64,000 bases of DNA from Candidatus Fermentibacterota bacterium (GTDB lineage: Bacteria > Fermentibacterota > Fermentibacteria > Fermentibacterales > JCC-6), in assembly GCA_014728175.1 (NCBI GenBank), contig WJMA01000003.1, forward strand, positions 66,191-130,190, read 5' to 3'. The notes under the pieces are model-generated. The model did not search any database, was not told the DNA's origin, and saw nothing but the letters and a program-made list of their open reading frames with translations. The first letter of the stretch is position 1; every line of letters starts with the position of its first letter. Shown in pieces: positions 27,340-36,151 of the stretch. A program made the translations under genes and the position numbers.

Positions 27340-28523
27340 AGCTCGAACCTCCGACCGATGGACAGCAGAACGGTGGTCGAGCTCTCCTCCACCACCAGGC
27401 TGTCGCCGGGGTCGAAGGAAACCATGTCCGGAACCTCCACCTGTCTCCATCTGCCTGGGCTGAAGCTGCCGCCCACGTCCAACGAGTAGTCACCCAGCCG
27501 GAAGCCCAGGCCCAGGGTGAAGGCCATCCTGTCCAGAGCCCGGGATATCGGAGAGCTGCGGTAGCTGAAGCCGAACCTGCCCACGGGCCCGCCGGGAAGG
27601 TCGTTCTCCACGCCCGCAGACATTCCCCATGCGTCCCGGTCGTACATGTCCGCGCCCTCCCGCTCCGCATCGCTTCTGGCACTGTAGTAACACTCCCCGG
27701 TGAAAACCGTCCGGAGCGCGTTCCCCGGCTCGTACACGGCCCCGGCGTGGAACACGGGGGGGAGGCTGACGCTGGCCTGCTCGTCTCCCGTCAGCTCGTA
27801 GGAAAGACTGTAATCCATTCCCGCGGATATCGCGACCCTTCCGGCGCGGTACAGGGCCGAGGCCCTGGCGCTGGCTCCGCTGACATCGGTGTCGGTTACC
27901 TGCAGGACGTCGTCCGCGGTGGGGTCCACGTAGCTCACCACCCAGCGGGAGGTTCGATTGCCGAACAGGTATCCGGCCCCCAGGCCCACCAGCAACCTCT
28001 CCGAGGGGGCGAAGCAGGCGGCCAGAGCCAACTCCGAGGCCCTCCCGCTTACCTCCAGGCGCTCCCTGGCCGTCTCCACGTAACTCTCGTCCATCACCAT
28101 TCTGTCGTAGTCGTAGCAGAAGCTGTAGGGACGGTACAAGCCGGCGGTTATGGAAACGTTGTTCGGTATTCCCACCGCCCCGGAGCCGGTGGCGGACACT
28201 CCGCCGGGAAACGTCGAGATATGCCGGTTGAACGCTTCCTCGGACTCCCCGATGCTGCTGCCGAACTCGTCGTAGACCTTCCGCAGCCTCTTCTCCATGG
28301 TCAGTCTGGTGCCTCCCGAAACCTCCACCAGCAGCCCCGGGCCCAGCAGCCCGGATAGGGCGGGATTCCTGAGCGCCCCGGTCGGGGTCAGCTCTACGAA
28401 CCCCGACTCTCCCATCGAGATGCCCCGGGCGGAGGTGGAGGGGCATGGAATGCCCATGTCCAGAACGGAGGGAAGGCTTGCCGGGATCGTTGCGAATGCC
28501 AATACGGTCAACAAGAGTGACAT
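27336..28523 (-). CDS. Outer-membrane beta-barrel, FadL/PorV-like
   Basis: Signal peptide; hatch-like 'ARGISMG...NPA'; amphipathic strands to the C-terminus. Confidence 0.65.
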   Translation of the reverse strand: MSLLLTVLAFATIPASLPSVLDMGIPCPSTSARGISMGESGFVELTPTGALRNPALSGLLGPGLLVEVSGGTRLTMEKRLRKVYDEFGSSIGESEEAFNRHISTFPGGVSATGSGAVGIPNNVSITAGLYRPYSFCYDYDRMVMDESYVETARERLEVSGRASELALAACFAPSERLLVGLGAGYLFGNRTSRWVVSYVDPTADDVLQVTDTDVSGASARASALYRAGRVAISAGMDYSLSYELTGDEQASVSLPPVFHAGAVYEPGNALRTVFTGECYYSARSDAEREGADMYDRDAWGMSAGVENDLPGGPVGRFGFSYRSSPISRALDRMAFTLGLGFRLGDYSLDVGGSFSPGRWRQVEVPDMVSFDPGDSLVVEESSTTVLLSIGRRFEL

Positions 28524-28535
28524 ATCTCCTCCAGG

Positions 28536-30974
28536 CTACCAGCGAAAGTCCAGCTGGCAGCGGATTCCATAACCCGTGACATGATCTCCGAAGTCCCTGA
28601 CCGCGGAGTCGGGGTCCCCCTGGTAGTGGAACTGGTCCTCCGGGTCGGGACGGTAAAGCCCGGTCCGGGGATAGAAGGTGTCCTTCCTCAGCACCCTGAA
28701 CCTGAGCTGGAGATTGTCCGACAGCGCGTTCTTGAAGGTCAGGTAGAACTTGGTCCCATCTCCGTCCAGGAAATCTATTCCCGTATCCTCGAACTCCCAC
28801 TGGCTCATCCCGTCGGTGGTCCATAGGGTCGTTCCTCCCAGAACGGACAGCCGGTCGCTGAAGTCGTGCTCCCACCGGGCGGAGAGATACCCACCGGAGA
28901 GCAGCCTGTCGTCTCCGTAGAGAGGGTTTGGGGTCAACTCGACCATTCCCAGCCTGAGGCGCACGTCGAAGTAATCGTGGGCGAAGGGGAGGAAGAAGGA
29001 GCGCAGCGTGTACTCGTGCGTTCTGGACGTCGTGGGTACCACATCGTGCATCTTGGTCTTCGACTGATACTTGTACTTCAGACGGAAGCGCACCGGGAAG
29101 TCCGCCCTGTACTCCACCTCTCCCTGGAACCTGTGGTTGTCGAAGTCGTAGGGCAACGAGCGCCAAACGTCCAGGTAGAGCTTGGGGAAGACGACCTGGT
29201 CGCTCACCTGGAACCTGCTTTCCAGATAGACCCCCTCCTCGGGCTTGGGGGTGGGCCATTCCTGCAGCTGCGAGACCAGGGGGTCGGTCAGGTAGTAGGG
29301 CTTCTCGAAGACCGTATCGTCGTAGCGCTTCTGCTCCGAAAACCCCCGGCAGTAGGGATTGGAGTAGCCCAGATCGTAGTGCCTGGCCGCGGCGGTCAGG
29401 TAGAAGTAGTCGTTCTGCCACCTGGAGGCGATCAGAAAGGCCGACGCCCCGTCGTCCTGTCTGGACAGCTCGCCTTCCAGGCTCATGGGCCCCACCACGG
29501 TCTGCCCGCTTACCCCCAAAAGGGTCATTCCGTCGGTGGCCTCCAGGGAGCGGTACTCCGGGCAGTCCCAGTAGTAGCCGTCGTTGGGAACGTCCAGGTA
29601 ATCGGCGTCCGGAAACAGGGAGTCGTCGTAGGCGATGCTCATGCCTCCCAGACCCACCGCGGTACCGGTGGGCAGTATCCCTCCCAGGTCCGCGAAGCAG
29701 TAGCCCCCGTAGGTGGTTTCGATAAGCGCGTCGGTGTAGCGGCCGCACCTGTACTGCATGGCGGCGGGAACGTTGGGCACACCGTTCTGGCTGAGTATCG
29801 CGTCCCGGCTGGAGCTGGACAGGAAGCCGTATCCCAGGAATGGACCCTGCCTGGCCTCTACCGCGGCACCGGTGAGGGCGAACTGCCGGGTGGAGGTCAG
29901 GTCCGGGTGCAGACCCCAGGGGCGTTCCAGCCGTCTGTACATAAGCTCGCCGGAGTTGTCCACCAGCAGGCCCTGACCCAGGGCCAGCCTGTAGTTGCCC
30001 AGCACCACCTGACGCAGGGGGCCCAGATGGTGGAGGGACACGAAGGCCTTGGCCTGGTCGAACCGATTACTCACCTCGCCCATGTCCATGTCCCGGAAGA
30101 GGTCGTGGCCGGCGGTGGAAAGCCTGCCCCTGGCCAGCCGTACCCCGCCCCGCATCCGGTCCCCCAGGCCCCCGGAAACCCGGTGGGTGAAGCCGGTTAC
30201 CCCCCGGGCCGAAAGCAGCTCCTCGCGGCTGGCCTGCAGCTGTTCGTAGAGAAGGGCGCTGTCCACGGGGCTGCCGGAGTAGTCGGCGCCTCCGGTGGAC
30301 ATCTCGAAAAGCGCCGACCCGAGGTTGTCCAGGGCCGCGTCGTATCCCTCCTCGTCGGAGTCCCTTCCCGCTCCTCCCTCCACGATCATCCGGTAGGAAC
30401 CGAACAGCTTCAGGGAGGATAGATCCAGCTCCCGGGTGGATACGAAGTCACGCATGTTCCGGTAACCGTAATAGCTCAGGTTCTCCACGCTCCTCAGGGA
30501 ACGTATGCTGGACACCGGACCGATGCTCCGCAGACGCCGCTCCACCGCGGCGGCGTCCACCAGGCTCACCCGGTCCAGCGACCTCAGGTCCCACGAGGTG
30601 GCTTCGTTCACCGGCAGGGGCCTGACCAGGAGGTTCTCCCACTCGGCGACCGCCGCGTCCCCGGGGCTATCCTCGGAAGCCAGCTTCTCCATCACGTCCA
30701 GAACCTCCGGAGGCAGCCGGTCCGGCTCGGGGGGAACCAGGATGCATTGTCTTCTCAGCGCCTCCAGCTCGGAGGGACCTATTCCCTCCACTTCGGTCAG
30801 CTGGTAGATGTTCTCCAGCCCACCCATCAGATAGATGTAGCGATGGAGCGAGTCGGCCTGTTCTCCGCTCACCCCCTCCAGTGCTCCTATCTCTTCCGGC
30901 GAGGCGCTGTTCAGATCCAGCCTGTCCGCGGGCCAGAGAAACACGGCCAGAGCGAGGAGCAGGCTAGAAGCCAT
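28536..30974 (-). CDS. Exported ComEA-like helix-hairpin-helix protein fused to a large outer-membrane beta-barrel
   Basis: Signal peptide; 'LDLNSASPEEIGALEGV...QLTEVEGIG' and second 'VNEATSWDLRSL' HhH modules; barrel-like C-terminus ending 'QLDFRW'. Confidence 0.75.
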   Translation of the reverse strand: MASSLLLALAVFLWPADRLDLNSASPEEIGALEGVSGEQADSLHRYIYLMGGLENIYQLTEVEGIGPSELEALRRQCILVPPEPDRLPPEVLDVMEKLASEDSPGDAAVAEWENLLVRPLPVNEATSWDLRSLDRVSLVDAAAVERRLRSIGPVSSIRSLRSVENLSYYGYRNMRDFVSTRELDLSSLKLFGSYRMIVEGGAGRDSDEEGYDAALDNLGSALFEMSTGGADYSGSPVDSALLYEQLQASREELLSARGVTGFTHRVSGGLGDRMRGGVRLARGRLSTAGHDLFRDMDMGEVSNRFDQAKAFVSLHHLGPLRQVVLGNYRLALGQGLLVDNSGELMYRRLERPWGLHPDLTSTRQFALTGAAVEARQGPFLGYGFLSSSSRDAILSQNGVPNVPAAMQYRCGRYTDALIETTYGGYCFADLGGILPTGTAVGLGGMSIAYDDSLFPDADYLDVPNDGYYWDCPEYRSLEATDGMTLLGVSGQTVVGPMSLEGELSRQDDGASAFLIASRWQNDYFYLTAAARHYDLGYSNPYCRGFSEQKRYDDTVFEKPYYLTDPLVSQLQEWPTPKPEEGVYLESRFQVSDQVVFPKLYLDVWRSLPYDFDNHRFQGEVEYRADFPVRFRLKYKYQSKTKMHDVVPTTSRTHEYTLRSFFLPFAHDYFDVRLRLGMVELTPNPLYGDDRLLSGGYLSARWEHDFSDRLSVLGGTTLWTTDGMSQWEFEDTGIDFLDGDGTKFYLTFKNALSDNLQLRFRVLRKDTFYPRTGLYRPDPEDQFHYQGDPDSAVRDFGDHVTGYGIRCQLDFRW

Positions 30975-31794
30975 AGGTCACGCCCGCCTGGTGGGTGAGG
31001 TCCAGCTCCGGATGGCTTTGAACCGCGTATTCGAAACGAATGCCGGATACGGTCACTCCCAGTCCTCCCGTGGCGGTGGTGGGATTACTCTGTACTCCGG
31101 CCATCAGCGAAAGCGGCCCCAGGGGAAGGGATTGTCCCACGTGCACTCTGGTTCCCCCGAAGTCCCGGGATACGGTCACCCTGGAGCACAGACCGGTCTG
31201 GGGCTCGTAGCTCAGCCCGGCGTCCATTCTTCGCTGCAGGTAGTCCGAGCTCTCCCCCAGCCTGGCCTGGAAGGGATTCCTCACCGAGGCCGCCAGCATC
31301 CACCTGGAGTACATCCGGACCTGGAAGCCCAGGTTCCAGGCCACCGTGGTCGCACTGCCATAGCTGCCTACTCCGTCAGCTATCTGGGCCCTGCATATCA
31401 AAGGCTGTATACCCACCGACATGTCCTTGGACAGGAGTGCGGCCGCGGTCAGGGCCAGAACCTGCTCCGAGTAGAGGTCCGACCCGAAGTACCTCAGGGA
31501 AGCCGCTCCCATCACGGAGCCCCCGAGGGGGTGGGACACGTCCAGCCCATGGGTGGCGAAATCGAGCTTGGAGAACGGCAATCTGCTCTCCAGGCCCACT
31601 TCTCCGTACTCGCCGCCCGAGATGCCCGCCGGATTCCACATCACCGACCCCAGACCGGTCGCCACCACCCCGGTCCCGCCCATGGCCTGCGAGGAGACCC
31701 CGATCTGAAGCTCCTCGAAGGCGGCGTGGGCCTTCAGCGAAAACAACGTCAGGGCAACCAGTGCCGTCTTTCTCGCCAGGTTTCTCATAGGCAT
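30964..31794 (-). CDS. PorV/PorQ-like outer-membrane beta-barrel
   Basis: Signal peptide; 'AMGGTGVV...WNPAGI'; C-terminal 'HPELDLTHQAGVTYGF'. Confidence 0.7.
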   Translation of the reverse strand: MPMRNLARKTALVALTLFSLKAHAAFEELQIGVSSQAMGGTGVVATGLGSVMWNPAGISGGEYGEVGLESRLPFSKLDFATHGLDVSHPLGGSVMGAASLRYFGSDLYSEQVLALTAAALLSKDMSVGIQPLICRAQIADGVGSYGSATTVAWNLGFQVRMYSRWMLAASVRNPFQARLGESSDYLQRRMDAGLSYEPQTGLCSRVTVSRDFGGTRVHVGQSLPLGPLSLMAGVQSNPTTATGGLGVTVSGIRFEYAVQSHPELDLTHQAGVTYGF

Positions 31795-31795
31795 C

Positions 31796-32821
31796 TCAAT
31801 CCAGCCGCTCCGCTATCACCACGGTCTCCGTGGTGGTCATCCTGCCGCCGTCGGGTCCCACCGCCTGCAGCAGCAACACGTAGGGTCCCACCGGAAGCCA
31901 CTCATCGTTGTCGTCCCTTCCGTCCCACATCATCACGTCCCCCCCGTACCTGGAGTCTACCAGCTGGGCGACGCTCCTTCCCGCCCTGTCGAAAACGGTC
32001 AGGCTGAATCTGCAGTCGTCCGGGCCACCGTACTCCAGATGCATGCTCTCTCCCGCTCTGGGGCTGAAGGGATTGTCCCACACCGTCAGATGGAACTGCC
32101 CCGGGACCGACGGCGAGTAGACCTGCAGGTCCGACTGGCTGCGGGGAAGCAACTGATAGCCGGTCTCGTAGGGCGGCTCGCTGTCGTACTGGCCTCCCAG
32201 GCCGTATATGTACAGACGAACCCCGGGTTCTATCCCCGAGACGTCTATTCCCGTACCCTCGTCGACCCTTATCGACACCGCCGCCTGGCCGTTCCAGACC
32301 TCGAAGTTGTAGCCGCCCCCGGCCTGGGAGGGATGGCTGGCGACCGTGACCCACTGCTGCGTGGATCTGTCCCCCAGGGCCAGCAGAAGGCCCTCCAGAG
32401 ACTCGCTGACATCCTGGTGGATGACCATCTGGCTGGGCTCCGGCTCCCCCGGCGAGCCCAGATATTCCAGGTCGTACTCGCTGTCAGGCTTTATCTCCGT
32501 AAGACCGTTGTACTGAGTTATCTCCCCCGTGATTCTCAGGCTGTCTCCGGTATCGATGCTGAAGCCAGGGACGGCGCTCGAGTACACGTTTATTCCCGCG
32601 GTGGCGTCCTGCACGTAGAAACTGAGGCCACTACCGCCGGAGAAAAGGGTTCCGTTGCAGGTGGCGGTCGCCTCGATGGTCACCACCTCACCCATACGGT
32701 CGGGCAGGCCATCGCCATCGGCGTCCACTCTGGCCTCGGCCACGGTCAGCAACGGCTGGGCCGATATGCTTCCGGCCATAAGCAGCACGGCAGCCGCCGG
32801 CAGGGTTCTTACCATCCGCAC
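31796..32821 (-). CDS. Secreted tandem OB-fold protein with FlgD-Ig/T9SS-type C-terminal domain
   Basis: Signal peptide; 'FYVQDATAGINV...GDSLRITGEITQYNGLTEI' and 'GQY...YQLLPRSQSDL' (YhcR/ExeM-type OB folds); CTD 'NPFSP...VFDRAGRSV...WDGRDDNDEWLPVGPY'. Confidence 0.75.
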   Translation of the reverse strand: MRMVRTLPAAAVLLMAGSISAQPLLTVAEARVDADGDGLPDRMGEVVTIEATATCNGTLFSGGSGLSFYVQDATAGINVYSSAVPGFSIDTGDSLRITGEITQYNGLTEIKPDSEYDLEYLGSPGEPEPSQMVIHQDVSESLEGLLLALGDRSTQQWVTVASHPSQAGGGYNFEVWNGQAAVSIRVDEGTGIDVSGIEPGVRLYIYGLGGQYDSEPPYETGYQLLPRSQSDLQVYSPSVPGQFHLTVWDNPFSPRAGESMHLEYGGPDDCRFSLTVFDRAGRSVAQLVDSRYGGDVMMWDGRDDNDEWLPVGPYVLLLQAVGPDGGRMTTTETVVIAERLD

Positions 32822-32840
32822 TCCCTTCGAAAGCGATTCT

Positions 32841-34157
32841 TCATCTTTCCGTCTCCATCTCCTCGTCGGCCAGCTCCGCCGCCCTAGCCAGGGCTTCCTC
32901 CGGACCCATACGCCCGTAGAGGGCTATCTCCACCGCCTCGGAGAGGAACTCCCTACCGTTGTACCATGCGCTGATCTGGGGCTCGAACCTGGCGTAATCC
33001 AGCTGGGCGACAACCTCCTCCAATCCCCGGCTCTCGGATAGCCTGCGCCGGGCGACCGGTTGCCGCAGCGCGGTGCTGGACACGGGAAGGTAGCCGGTTC
33101 CGGCGAACCATCTGGCCTGCTGCTCGGGCTCGGTGAACCACTTGACGAACTCCCAGGCGGCCTCCGTCCGGTCCGGGCCATGATCCGCGAACAACACTAC
33201 GTTGGTCCCGGCTATGAAAACCGCCCTCCGGCGATTCGATGGAAGGGGAGCCACGGCTATCTCGAAAGTGCTCAGACCGCTCTCGGCACGCCTTTGCATG
33301 TCCCGCTGCATGAAGGAAAGCGATACCACCGACCCCTGAACCATTGCCACCCGTCCCTCCGTGAACTCCCGCTGATGCTCGTACCCGGAGGACAGATACG
33401 CCGTACCGTCCCGATGCAACAGTTCCACCAGGAAGCCTAGAGCCTCCACTCCCTCCGTCTGCGCGAATGCGGTGCTCCGACCGTCCGGTGAGAGCAGTGT
33501 ACCTCCGTTCTGGGCCAGTAGGTTCTCGAACATCCAAACGCTGACCGTAAAGGCCGTTCCCCACCTGTCGCAGTCGTCCAGGAGGTCTCCGTCCCCGTTG
33601 CCGTCGTAAGAAAGGGTTCTCAGCAGCTCTCTATGCTGCTGCCAGGTGGAGGGAGGGGCCAGCCCCAGGCTGTCGAACAGGTCCGCATTGTAGTACAGGG
33701 CGGGGACGCTTTTGTTGAACGGAAAGCTGTAGACCCGTTCCCCGAAGGTGTTGTTCTTACGGAATACCTCGTAGAAGCGTGCCCAATCGCTCCGGGAATA
33801 TTCCCGGTCCTGGGCCATCATGGAGTCCAGGGGTACCAGCACCCCGCCGTCTATGAGCTGAGCCGTCCAGGTCTCGTAGGCCTGGGCCAGAACCGGCGGT
33901 TCTCCGGCCATGACGCTGGCCATAATCTTCTGGCTGAGCGCCCTGTAGTTGCCCATGGAAACGGCGACCACCTCGATACCCGGATGGGTGGCGTTGAACT
34001 CGGCCACCAGCGAGTCCTCAAGCAGCTCGCCGAGCGGCCCCCCCATGGCGTGCCAGAATACAACCCTGACCGTCTGCCCGGAGGTTCGGCCACCATCCGG
34101 GCGGCAGGACGGCAGAAACGGGGCCGCCAGAATCAGGAAAAGCAAGAAGCGGGACAG
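32841..34157 (-). CDS. ABC transporter substrate-binding lipoprotein, CUT1/UgpB-like (start uncertain)
   Basis: Lipobox FLPSC; 'FWHAMGG', 'PFNKSVPALYYN', 'AAWEFVKWF', 'TGYLPV'. In-frame CTG at 34157 follows GGGAGG; the ORF track starts at 34277. Confidence 0.85.
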   Translation of the reverse strand: MSRFLLFLILAAPFLPSCRPDGGRTSGQTVRVVFWHAMGGPLGELLEDSLVAEFNATHPGIEVVAVSMGNYRALSQKIMASVMAGEPPVLAQAYETWTAQLIDGGVLVPLDSMMAQDREYSRSDWARFYEVFRKNNTFGERVYSFPFNKSVPALYYNADLFDSLGLAPPSTWQQHRELLRTLSYDGNGDGDLLDDCDRWGTAFTVSVWMFENLLAQNGGTLLSPDGRSTAFAQTEGVEALGFLVELLHRDGTAYLSSGYEHQREFTEGRVAMVQGSVVSLSFMQRDMQRRAESGLSTFEIAVAPLPSNRRRAVFIAGTNVVLFADHGPDRTEAAWEFVKWFTEPEQQARWFAGTGYLPVSSTALRQPVARRRLSESRGLEEVVAQLDYARFEPQISAWYNGREFLSEAVEIALYGRMGPEEALARAAELADEEMETER

Positions 34158-34343
34158 AGACTCCTCCCGAGATTCGTGCAGCAGAGAAAACGGAGCGTGA
34201 ATCGACCCCGGTAAATATACTCCCTCCCGATCCACCCGTAAGGTCTGAAGAGGCCGGATCCGATTGGAGATTGACACTGACCCCGGGTTGGAATCAATAT
34301 CACATGCATCTGCAAGGACATTCCTAGCGACTGGAGGGAAGAG

Positions 34344-34844
34344 ATGAGAGCAACCCGAATCGTTCTGGCCTTCGTCGTTCTGGCAATGGCGGTCTCCTGC
34401 GGACCGGGCAAGGCGACCGACAGGATGAAGGAGCTAATTCAGGCCATAGACGAAGGGGACGGACAGCTGGCTGCATCCATGCTTTCCCAGAGCGCCCTGG
34501 GCAAGCTTTCGGAATCGCTGGACAGGTTCAAGCGCGACCCCGGAGCGGCTTCCCAGCAGCTGACCGCAATCGGGGTACAGATAACCGCAGAGGAGCTGCA
34601 AACCATTACCCCCCGGGCCTTCGCGCGCAAGCTGGTTTCGTCCCAGGCTACGGCGGAAATAATGCGGGCGGCCAGGCCCGAGGTAACCCACGTTTCCGTC
34701 GATGGCGACACGGCCATGGTAGAGATTGAGGCGACGCTACAGAATACCAAGCAGACCATGGTTATCCGCCTGGTGGTAGAGGACGGGGAATGGAGGGTGA
34801 CCAGCCTGCCGATCAACCCGGTTAAGATCCACTTCGGGTTCTGA
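34344..34844 (+). CDS. Lipoprotein with NTF2-like (DUF4878-like) domain
   Basis: Lipobox AVSC; 'VDGDTAMV...LVVEDGEWRV'; GGAGG RBS; TTGACA at 34271. Confidence 0.7.
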   Translation: MRATRIVLAFVVLAMAVSCGPGKATDRMKELIQAIDEGDGQLAASMLSQSALGKLSESLDRFKRDPGAASQQLTAIGVQITAEELQTITPRAFARKLVSSQATAEIMRAARPEVTHVSVDGDTAMVEIEATLQNTKQTMVIRLVVEDGEWRVTSLPINPVKIHFGF

Positions 34845-34862
34845 GAAAGTCTTACCCGTAGG

Positions 34863-35117
34863 TTACTCGGTCGGCTCCTTATCGGTTCCGTTCGAGGGGG
34901 AAGAGTTCTCCTCCTCTTTCCGGTCGGAGGGCTCGCCCTTGCGGTAGTCGGTGGCGTAGAAGCCCGGTCCCTTGAAGATCAGGCCTGCTCCGCCGGTTAT
35001 GATCCTATCCGCCTCACCTCCGCACTCCGGACAGCACGGGACCGACTCATCGGTTATCCTCTGGAACCGCTCGAAGCGGTGACCACAACGCTTGCACTCG
35101 TAGACGTAGGTTGGCAT
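34863..35117 (-). CDS. FmdB-family zinc-ribbon protein
   Basis: 'MPTYVYECKRCGHRFE...CPECGG...FKGPGFYATDY'. Confidence 0.9.
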   Translation of the reverse strand: MPTYVYECKRCGHRFERFQRITDESVPCCPECGGEADRIITGGAGLIFKGPGFYATDYRKGEPSDRKEEENSSPSNGTDKEPTE

Positions 35118-35134
35118 TTTGACTCCCTAGCTGA

Positions 35135-36151
35135 TCATCGGTCCGATCCGGCCTCCGCCCTTTCGGCCATCCGCTCCATGTCTCTGGCCCTTACGCCCTC
35201 TCTGGCAGCGCCCAGAAGCCCGGCAATTATTATCGGAAGAAACTGCGTAGCGTGAAAGACGATGGCAAGTGCCTTGGCATCCGTGGGGCCGATTGCGGTC
35301 ATGGTGGGCATCACCACCCCGATGGCGTAGTGGACGGTTCCGGTACCCGCCGGGGTGGGAATAAGCATTCCGAACGCCGCCAGGACCAGCACCAGAAAGG
35401 GATACGACCAGCGAAGGGACAAACCCAGACTGGCGAACGCGGGAACCACCGAAACCACCAACGACAGCCACACCCCGGCGGATAGGGCGGCCACCGTGAC
35501 GACCTCTCTGCCGCTCTGTAGAACCGCCAGCCCTCTGGAGAAAGAAAGTAGCACGTTCTGGAGCTTCTCGCCCAGCTTGGAGCTCAACAGTTTCACCGGG
35601 GCGGACATGGCCCGGGCCGCCTTCTCCGACCAGATCCTCAGGGAGACCAGACCCGCCAGCACTCCGATGTAAAGAAGGCCCGCCCCGATAAGACCCAGCC
35701 TGGTGGTTTCTCCCATACTGTTCCAACCGGTCAGCAGAAGCCCGAGGGTGAAGGCAGTGAGGGTGAGACCGTCGAACAGGCGGGCCAGAACCACGGTCGC
35801 GAAGCAGGAAGCCCGGGGTATCCGGCTCTTCCTGGACAGCATCAGGGCCCTCAGCAGCTCTCCGACCCTGCCGGGCAGCAGGGAATTCACGGCGAACCCC
35901 GTAAGCAGGGGGCCCGTAATCTGGCCGAAGGAGACTTCGGAGACCGGCGCCAGCAGCACCTTCCACCGGGCTATTCTGAACAGGTAGCTGCAGGCGAGGA
36001 AAGGTATCACCAGCAAGAGCATGGGCATGGAGGCGCTCGATAGGATCTCCCCCAGGGCCGGCAGATCGGCGCGCTGGTAGGTCAGATAGAGCGCCACCAG
36101 GGCGATAACGATGCCCAGGATAAGGTTACGCCAGGTCTTAGCCTTGCTCAT
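35135..36151 (-). CDS. Lysylphosphatidylglycerol synthase TM / flippase-like protein
   Basis: 'RW..LL', 'NSLLPGRVGELLR', 'RLFD', 'PTPAGTG'. Confidence 0.85.
   Translation of the reverse strand: MSKAKTWRNLILGIVIALVALYLTYQRADLPALGEILSSASMPMLLLVIPFLACSYLFRIARWKVLLAPVSEVSFGQITGPLLTGFAVNSLLPGRVGELLRALMLSRKSRIPRASCFATVVLARLFDGLTLTAFTLGLLLTGWNSMGETTRLGLIGAGLLYIGVLAGLVSLRIWSEKAARAMSAPVKLLSSKLGEKLQNVLLSFSRGLAVLQSGREVVTVAALSAGVWLSLVVSVVPAFASLGLSLRWSYPFLVLVLAAFGMLIPTPAGTGTVHYAIGVVMPTMTAIGPTDAKALAIVFHATQFLPIIIAGLLGAAREGVRARDMERMAERAEAGSDR

Noticed and set aside
27490-29748. 752-aa minus-strand ORF and other long alternative-frame or antisense ORFs (e.g. 25477-27255, 41659-43254, 60675-62468)
   Set aside because: They overlap well-supported genes, have low-complexity Arg/Gly/Pro-rich composition and show no motifs, as expected from stop-codon scarcity in high-GC DNA.
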